In this document: positions 55,682 through 64,000 of the stretch, piece by piece
Layout of the letters: the number at the start of each line of letters is the position of its first letter
Position numbering within the stretch: position 1 is the first letter of the stretch
Source: Octopus vulgaris
Taxonomy: Eukaryota
Direction of reading: 5' to 3'
DNA length: 64,000 nucleotides
Assembly: GCA_951406725.2 (NCBI GenBank)
Contig: OX597814.1
Coordinates: 80,104,001 to 80,168,000, forward strand
Translations under genes and position numbers: made by a program
The notes under the pieces: generated by a model
The model's input: only the letters and a program-made list of their open reading frames with translations
Databases searched by the model: none
What the model was told of the DNA's origin: nothing

Positions 55682-56082
55682 ATTCTTTTCTATTCTAGGC
55701 ACAAGGCCCAAAATTTTTGGACAGGGGGACAGTCGATTAGACCGACCCCAGTACACAACTGGTACTTAATTTATCGACCCCGAAAGGATGAAAGGCAAAG
55801 TTGACCTCGGCGGAATTTGAACTCAAAACGTAAAGACGGACGAAATACCTATTTCTTTACTACCCACAAGGGGCTAAACACAGAGAGGACAAACAAGGAC
55901 AGACAAACGGATTAAATCGATTATATCGACCCCAGTGCGTAATTGGTACTTATTTAATCGACCCCGAAAGGATGAAAGGCAAAGTCGACCTTGGCGGAAT
56001 TTGAACTCAGAACGTAAGGACAGACGAAATACTGCTAAGCATTTCACCCGGCGTGCTAACGTTTCTGCCAACTCGCCGCCTT
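55682..56082 (-). mobile_element. SINE family A, full-length dimeric form
   Basis: Head aaggcggcgagttggcagaaacgttagcacgccggg, two B-box/central modules and tail ggccttgtgcctagaatagaaaagaa. Confidence 0.92.
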
Positions 56083-56225
56083 ATTACCAGTAATTATATT
56101 ACCTGAATACTTATTTTTTCAGTGTTTTTGTCGAAACCCTATGTTATGTGACATAAAGAGACACAAATATAAACAACACGAGATTAAACACTGTGGCACA
56201 CCAGCACATATATATAATACGTAAT

Positions 56226-56390
56226 AGGCGCAGATGTGGCTGTGTGGAAAGAAGCTTCCTTCCCAACCACATGGTTCCGGATTCAGTTCCACTGCGTGGC
56301 ACCTTCGGCAAATGTCTTCTACTATAGACTCGGGCCGACCAAAGCCTTGTGAATAGATATGGTAGACAAAAACTGAAAGAAGCCCATCGT
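56226..56390 (+). mobile_element. SINE family B, 5' half
   Basis: aggcgcagatgtggctgtgtgg...ccactgcgtggcaccttcggcaaatgtcttctactatag...aactgaaagaagccc. Confidence 0.88.
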
Positions 56391-56414
56391 GTATGTATGT
56401 GCGTATATGTATGT

Positions 56415-56448
<34 letters not shown>

Positions 56449-56651
56449 TTATGTGTATGTCTTTGTGAAGATGATGGTGATCACGAGTGTGTGGAAGGAG
56501 TGTTAGCACGAAATATTTAACCAGGATATGTATGTGACTAATCTTTGATGTTAATAGTAATAGTGTCAGTGACTGTGTAGGAAGATGGTGGAGACGGAGA
56601 AGTAGAAGAGGGAAGAGGAGGAGGAGGGAGGGAGAAGAGGTGCAAGAGAGG

Positions 56652-56703
56652 AAAGAAGAAGAAGAAGACGAAGAAGAAGAAGAAGAAGAAGAAGGAGGAG
56701 AAG

Positions 56704-56735
<32 letters not shown>

Positions 56736-56886
56736 GAAGAAGAAGAAGAAGAAGAAGAAGAAGAAGAAGAAGAAGAAGAAGAAGAAGAAGAAGAAGAAGA
56801 AGAAGAAGAAGAAGAAGAAGAAGAAGAAGAAGAAGAAGAAGAAGAAGAAGAAGAAGAAGAAGAAGAAGAAGAAGAAGAAGAAGAAG
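56652..56886. repeat. (GAA)n microsatellite
   Basis: About 230-bp polypurine tract. Confidence 0.97.
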
Positions 56887-57240
56887 CAGCAGCTCAACTC
56901 AAACGTGAGGGAACTGTATATTACTTAACATTATGTATGTTACCTGTCGCGGCACATCATTTATTATCCTGCCTGTCGGGTGAAACTCGGTGTGTAGTTC
57001 CCCCAGATCCTCGGTGATACGACAGGAATATAGAACTATGGAATTTCAAATTTGTGGAAAGAACATTACAACTGTATCAAGAACAATAACGCAAGATGAG
57101 CCAATGGCATAATCTATGAGATCACCCATCCTTCAAGAAATAGTGAAAAAACTTCACTATATGACACTATCGTTTTTATACAGTGAAGTTCACATTAGGT
57201 CAATCAATGTGTTGTTAAATGATAATGTCATATTTTGGCA

Positions 57241-57402
57241 CGATTACATCGACCACAGTACTCAACTGGTTCTTGCTTTAACGACCCTGAAAGGATGAAA
57301 GGTAAAGTCGACCTTGGCGGAATTTGAACTCAGAACATAAAAGACGGACGAAATGCCGTTAAACGTTTCATTCGACATGCTAACAATTCTGCCTGTTCGC
57401 CT
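57241..57402 (-). mobile_element. SINE family A
   Basis: gaccctgaaaggatgaaaggtaaagtcgaccttggcggaatttgaactcagaac...tctgcctgttcgcc. Confidence 0.85.
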
Positions 57403-58161
57403 AACATTGTATATCTAACATTATCTAACAGCAAATGAGTCGTTAATGTTAGATATATAATGTTAGGTCTGTTTAATCGCGGCTGAGCTAGGGCTAAAAA
57501 AAGAAGAAGAAAAAAATCTAGCAACAACAACAGCAGCAGCAACAGCGGAAATAATTGATCATGTCAAACGGAGAAATGTTTGTTTTTTAAAATATTAAGC
57601 GGTGAAAATTATGGGGAGTGTGATCATGTTCAGTTATGAAAAGAACGTGTGCCTATACGTATGTGGGAGCATGCGCGCGCATTTACACATGTGCTTGTGT
57701 GTGAGACTGAATGAATCATAGTTAATAATGCAAGTGTGGAACAAATTGAATTGAGGTTATCTGTTAATGTATGTGTTGGGGGTATAGGCCGGTGTCCGTG
57801 TGAAACAATGAATTATGATTAACACATAAATGTAATGCATTGGTATTAACATTGTGGTATTAACATGCTTTGTGTTTGTATATGTGTGTTCTTGGGCCAG
57901 TCTTTGGTCGAAACATATCTAAGTTATTATCTATCTATCTATCTATCTATCTACGTATCCTATATATCCATCTATCCATATATATAAATATATATATATA
58001 TACACACACGCAGACGTATATATATATATATATATATATATATAAGTAGACAAATGAATTATCTTATTACAGATAATTCGAAAGATAACCGATACCTGGG
58101 TAGCAAACTCACAACAGAAAAAAGCACGGTTGAAGTTACGACCATAGGGCATAAAATATAC

Positions 58162-58221
<60 letters not shown>

Positions 58222-58292
58222 TACACTTACATACATATATAACTTGCTCTATTTACCTATATCAAGGTCTCATTCTTTTGTTGTCATTTTTA

Positions 58293-58359
<67 letters not shown>

Positions 58360-58450
58360 CATTATTAAAGATATATATAATATACATACATATATACACA
58401 CACACATATATGTGTGTGTGTGTGAATGTACAAATACGCTTATCCATATG

Positions 58451-58485
<35 letters not shown>

Positions 58486-58582
58486 ATACGTTTATACGCA
58501 CACACACACACACACATATATATACATATATATATATATGTAGATATATATATATATATGTATATATAGGTTTGTACATATG

Positions 58583-58614
<32 letters not shown>

Positions 58615-59069
58615 CGGCGAGACAGAGACAGAGAGAACGAGATAGATAGATAGATAGAGAGAGAGAGATAGTTAGGTAGGTAGGTAGGTAGGTAGATATA
58701 AGGTTGAATAAAATATGATAAATTGTTCATGTGTTTGGAGAAACAACTTTTAATTGCACAAATGTGGGTATAACGGAATGAATGATGGTGTTAACCTTGT
58801 GCATGTGTATGTATGGTGAGGGTGTATGTATGTATGCACGTATCTACGCATGTATGTATGTATGTATGTATGTATGTATGTATGTATGTATGTGTGTGTG
58901 CTTGCGCATGGTTTTCTGTCATCCTTTGAGTATGTGTAGTTATATGTACGTAGCAGTATAATTAATTTTGCGCCTGACGAAATGACTCATAACAGGCTAT
59001 ATAAACGTGTGCCGAAGGATCGACAGTATAAGCAAAGCAGTCAAGGAATACTTGTTGAGAGAATGCTAC

Positions 59070-59540
59070 GAAAATACTTTTAAGTACTGTGCCAAAATTA
59101 TGTTACCTGGAAAGCATCCCGTCGGACAATACTCAACTAGACGAAGTGATCAGTCAGAAATTGTCTAAGGCAAGCTCAACTTTCAATAGACACCAGCACA
59201 GACTGTGAAGAAATCATGGTGTCTGCCGAGCCACAAAGATGAAAGTGTACTATGCAATAATGCATACTTCTCTTCTTTATGGCTGCGAAACAGAGGCACT
59301 CTACAGGCGCTATATTAAACAGCTAGACACTATCTCCATTGCCTTCGTTCAATTTGCAAGTAGCATGACAAATTCCCTGACACAGAAATTCTGGCAAGAT
59401 ATGACATTTTCGGTATACAGAGTCTCTTTATTGAAATGCAAGTGAGCTGGGTTTCAGTGTGGTACGCAAGGAACTGATTCACTTACATAAAATCCTACAT
59501 GGTCAGCTTAGCTCTTGTGTCAGGCACACAGCTCCATTAT
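59070..59540 (+). mobile_element. RTE-clade (BovB-like) LINE remnant
   Basis: LCYLESIPSDNTQLDEVISQKLSKASSTFNR...TKMKVYYAIMHTSLLYGCETEALYRRYIKQLD matches the conserved post-RT region of RTE LINEs. Confidence 0.8.
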
Positions 59541-59660
59541 AACGACATTTGAAAATTTATTAGCTTATATCTATTTTTAATAAATGGTTTGTACATATTT
59601 TTTATTTGATTGTCCACTTCAGGGTTGTTTTTTAGATTTTTTCTAAACTGTTAATATTTT

Positions 59661-59862
59661 GGGGCGTTAACCGGCAGAGCCGTTAGCACGCCGGGCAAAA
59701 TGCTTAGCAGCATTTTTTCCGGCTCATTACTTCCAGAGTACACATTCTGGCGAGGTTGACTTTGCCGTTCATCCCTTTAGGGTCGATAAAATAAGTGCCA
59801 GTTAAGCACTAGAGTCGATGTAATCGACCTAAGTCCTCCTCCAAACTTGCTAGTATTTCAAA
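59661..59862 (+). mobile_element. SINE family A (degenerate)
   Basis: gttagcacgccgggcaaaatgcttagc...gggtcgataaaataagtgccag. Confidence 0.8.
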
Positions 59863-60399
59863 GCAATCTTTGTACTTTTAAATAAATGTTTCCTGAGACC
59901 GGCGTAAAGTCGGACAAATCGGTTAAAGTTGAGGTGTAATTTTTCGAAACGACGTAAGTTGAAGTATGTCTGTATAGTCAGTACATTTATTCAATATAAG
60001 TGATAGGATTGTCTGAAGATTAAGCGTAGGTACAAGTGTCAAACTGTTTTATTGTCAATCGTGTGTTCATGAATGTTTGAGTGCGCGCGTGTGTGCGACC
60101 AAATATTGGCGAGATACATTGAAATACATAAGATTAATAACATTTTGCGCGATTATATGACCTCACTGTATGTTTGTGTGTGTGTACTTGTTTGAGACAG
60201 CAAGGCTTATCACTCATCAAGCACACTGATTGCGGAAAGAGGAGGAGGAGGAGGTGGAGTGGAAGAGGAAATGGAGGAGACGCGAGAGAAAAAGAGTACA
60301 AAACGAAAACAAGGCAAATAAAAATAAGAAAATGACGATGACGACGGTGGCGGCAACGGGCAGTGCAGCAGTGGTAATGGTATTGGTGGTGGTGGCGGT

Positions 60400-60661
60400 G
60401 GTGGAGGTGATGGTGGTGGTCGTCGTCGTCGTCGTCATCTTCGAGATGATGATGATGATGATGATGATGACGACGACGACGACGATGACGATGATGATGA
60501 TGATGAAAAAGAAGTAATGAAAGAAGAAAGTAAAAGATGATTTGAAAGTAGCAAACACAAAAGAAGAAGAAGAAGAAGAAGAAGAAGAAGAAGAAGAAGA
60601 AGAAGAAGAAGAAGAAGAAGAAGAAGAAGAAGAAGAAGAAGAAGAAGAAGAAGAAGAAGAA
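60400..60661. repeat. (GTG)/(GTC)/(GAT)/(GAA) trinucleotide repeats
   Basis: Directly visible. Confidence 0.95.
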
Positions 60662-61270
60662 ATAAATACAACAGTTTTTTTATTTATTTTAATTTTTTTT
60701 CATTTTTTTTTCAGCAGCAGAAAAGTACATAAAAATAAGACGTCGTAAAATGTGACAAAAGACAAGTCATAAAATGAACAATAAATAAATAAATAAAGAT
60801 TAGTGAGGTTTTATTGAGATGTTTGTGAAGTACAGAAGATAGTAGATTTGTATTAGGCAATTCTCCCCTCTTCAAGAAATAAAAATATTTAAAAAAATCA
60901 ATAAAAGAAAACAATAATAAAATTGCCGTCTTTATACGATAACACACGTTGTTAAAGTGACTGTTTAAACCTGATGTTATCATCACCATTGCCAACTACC
61001 GTACGTTTTGTGATGGCTTTTATTAATAAAGGCTGTTGCCGTTGTTGTGGTAGTTTTTGTTGTTTTGTCTTATTTTTTCATTTTTTTTTCGTTAAGTCGA
61101 GAAGGGAAGGCCCTTACCCTTAACCCTATCACAACGCACTCTAGACTGGTAAGAGGGAAGGATGAGGGGATGGTGGTATCACAAATCAAAAATTTGTCCT
61201 GAATGCTTGCAACACTGTGGATTCCGCTAAAGGTACTTAGTCAAGAACTTCATTACAAGAACTTAGTCTT

Positions 61271-61487
61271 GGTTTCAAATTTTTTTGGCACAAGGTCAAC
61301 AATTACGGAGCCGGGGCTAAGTCGATTACAGCGAGCTCAGTGTTCAAAAGGCACTGGTTTCATCGACCCAGAATGGATGAAAAGCAAAGTTGACCTCGGC
61401 GGAATTTGAACTCAGAACATAGAGACAGACGAAATGGCGCCAAGCATTTTCCCCGGCATGTTAACGGTTCAGGTAGCTCACCATCTT
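61271..61487 (-). mobile_element. SINE family A
   Basis: Reverse complement of the full monomer, including the ggtttcaaattttttggcacaagg tail. Confidence 0.88.
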
Positions 61488-61515
61488 GAGTGGTGGTATT
61501 ATTAAACTAAGTGAT

Positions 61516-61725
61516 GAGGCGACGAGCTAGCAGAATTGTTAGCACGCCGGGCAAAATGCTCAGCGGCATTTCGTCCGTCCTTATGTTCTGAGTTCAAATT
61601 CCGCCGAGGTTGACTTTGCCTTTTATCCTTTCAGCGGGTTGATAAAATAAGTACCACTTGAACCCTGAGCACAATATAATCGATTTACCACCAAAATTGC
61701 TGGCCTTGTGGCAAAATCTGAAACC
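61516..61725 (+). mobile_element. SINE family A
   Basis: gaggcgacgagctagcagaattgttagcacgccgggc...gagttcaaattccgccgagg...ggccttgtggcaaaatctgaaacc. Confidence 0.9.
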
Positions 61726-61862
61726 GGGTGACGGATTAAACCAATTATATATGTAGGCCAAGGAAGGATTTCAACTCAGAACGCAAGGAGCCAGTACAAA
61801 CATCACAAAAGAGTCTGCCAAAAACTTTAACGATTCCACCAATCTACCGTTCTAGGCTTGTA

Positions 61863-61996
61863 GTTTATTTATCGCCGACGAAAGAGTGAGAAATAAAGTT
61901 AGTTCCAGTGTGATTTGAACTCAGAAGACAAGAGGTTGTGATAAATATTGTAAGACATATCGTCCGATGCGCTAACGACTCTGCCAATTCGCCACC
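61863..61996 (-). mobile_element. SINE family A (degenerate)
   Basis: atttgaactcagaag...gctaacgactctgccaattcgccacc. Confidence 0.6.
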
Positions 61997-62394
61997 ATAT
62001 AAGTACTGAGTGAGTATACCTATGATCAAAGGTGTTCTTACCATGACATTCTCAGTTTTTTTCTTTTGCACAAAGAACCCAGGACTTCATTATCAAACCT
62101 GTTCTTTTAAGATGGCTCCCTCAGTTCTTTGTTTATATAACTGTTGTCGTTGCCGCTACTTAAACTTACGCCTCCGCTCCCAGAACATCCCTGCATGAAC
62201 AGACCTATGATAAAAAAGCATTCCAGACATATATGTATAAAAATGGTAGTTGCCTACACTTTATGACTACCTCTTGTACTTATACCTTAGATCCATCATG
62301 GCGTCTGATGTGGCTTTTTAACCCAGACAATGTATTAAAAAGACATTCACATGGATTGCATATCTGATTTGGACCACCAAGAGCTGCAGCATGG

Positions 62395-62518
62395 AGGCGA
62401 ATGAACTGGAGCAATGTGAAATAAAGTGTTTTGCTCACGAGTTGCCTGGTTCAGGAATCGAAACCACAACCTTACTATCATGAGGCCAACACCCTAACCA
62501 CTAAGCCATACGCCTCCA
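62395..62518 (-). mobile_element. SINE group C, 5' fragment
   Basis: ggaatcgaaaccacaacc...ccctaaccactaagccatacgcctcca matches 49655-49718. Confidence 0.75.
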
Positions 62519-63414
62519 CCCTGAATAAATGGACCTAAGACCAAAAGCACCTCAAAGGTAAACTACAAGTCATTGTCTTTGTTTTGTTTTCTTTACCCAG
62601 TTACCGTTGACTAACTCAATGTAGATTTTGTCTATGACGGCAGAGTATGACTTGATCCTGAAGGATATTTGGATGCCCTTTCTAGCAGGTGGAGCAACAG
62701 TGTAGAGACTCCTTTTGCTATATTTAAATTCAGTGTAACTGACCAATAGCATTTTGTTAGGCATGGCATTAGACCCCTTCCTTATAAATGATTTAGCGAC
62801 TATAAAACGTACCTGTCGTGTATAGTTTTGTAAAAGGAAAGAAACATTCACTGGCTTAAAATTACGAGAGAGACCAAGTCTGAACCATTGCAACAGAATG
62901 AGCTTTGCTAAAACCACCGAACGACTTGGTAATATAAAACCGAGCAACTGATAAAGTCTAACATAGAACATGAAAGCTCTCTTCGATGGTCTTCTGTACA
63001 ATTTACGCATACGGGTTTGATTAATCCGAGTCTATGACTGAATGAATACATTTAGCTCAAAGTCCTGTGTTGTGGGATCGAACTCGCTACAGTGTAGCTA
63101 TGAAGCGAACTTCTTAACATATAGCTTTTCCTGCGCTTTATAAAACATCGACCTTCAAATATATTTGCGATATAGCCCTTGCTTTTATTTAGCCCTAGGT
63201 CAAATCTAATCAAGCAGGCAAGACCTATGATGAAAGGTGTCTCAGCCGTGATTATTCGGTTTAACAATTATTTTTTTATTCATTCGTCAGTGAATGTTAT
63301 TTCCTATTTGCTTCAAACTGTGCTATTGTGACCTGGACATCAATGTTTTGAAACTGACCTATTTTCCATTACATTTCGAACAGATTCAGCGCTGAGTTGC
63401 TGAAGCAGAAATAT

Positions 63415-63588
63415 CGTTATAGCAAGTAATCTGCTCAATGTCACAGATTTGCTCGTCAGTTGCTTGGCCTTAACCACTTGAGCATGTCTCTTATTGGTTG
63501 ACAATATGTGCATCTTTGATCTTAAGCAGGAGTAGTGGAGGGGACATCATGGTCATGTGTCGAGAGGGGTTCTTTGGGGTTTGAATAA
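63415..63588 (+). mobile_element. Second copy of the unclassified repeat at 46235-46712
   Basis: Collinear similarity to the reverse complement of about 46440-46615. Confidence 0.65.
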
Positions 63589-64000
63589 TGTAACAAAAGC
63601 AAAATTTGAAAGAAATATTGGTCATTTTTCATACTTTGTAGGGGTAAGCAAATAGGAAAAAAAACAGTTGCTACACAAGTCAAAAGTCGTGTTACACAGT
63701 GTTGTCAGTCCAGTTTTTAATTTTCGGGTAATAGGTTGTGATTTTAGAGATATTTGGTTGCTATTTCTAGCAGTTCATGACCAAGTAGAGACACGAAAAT
63801 GTCACCTCACTCTGCGTAGAAATCACTTTCACTTTCAATTAACAACTGATTTACTAGTGGGTTTGCTTCTTTCGTTCCTTGTTTCCCTTGGAGCAGCGTT
63901 TTAGACGTAGAATATTATTCTAACTTGAAGACAAATCTCTTTAACAAGCTTGCCCATGGTCCAACCTCCAGTAGGTTTAAATCGAATTGATTTTATGTCA

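Noticed and set aside
58970-59020. CTGACGA motif
   Set aside because: There is no stem II/GAAA arrangement downstream, so it is a chance heptamer.

Overview
AT-rich, microsatellite-saturated eukaryotic non-coding DNA. Its repeat content looks like an Octopus (coleoid cephalopod) genome; this is an inference from the tRNA-derived SINE families and the SSR landscape. I recognise no intact host protein-coding exon, and nearly all listed ORFs are translated microsatellites. Real coding signal comes only from decayed transposons: a piggyBac (PGBD-like) transposase (8.6-10.3 kb, minus), four R4/Dong-type RLE LINE fragments, CR1-like and RTE-like LINE remnants, and a Penelope-like GIY-YIG endonuclease remnant. 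There are also about 25 SINE copies from three groups and several MITEs. The most striking signal is a set of minimal type I hammerhead ribozyme motifs from at least three unrelated sequence families. All sit in Penelope-like terminal repeats next to (TA)n tracts and all have a self-complementary stem III. A canonical motif at 8325-8367 is mirrored at 8214-8256 inside a 351-bp near-perfect palindrome. A family with a non-canonical U6 core occurs as a tandem pair 589 nt apart (retrozyme-like) and again downstream of the GIY-YIG remnant. A third family has a C4 core (36451 and 51953). All calls were made by eye and coordinates of degenerate repeats are approximate.
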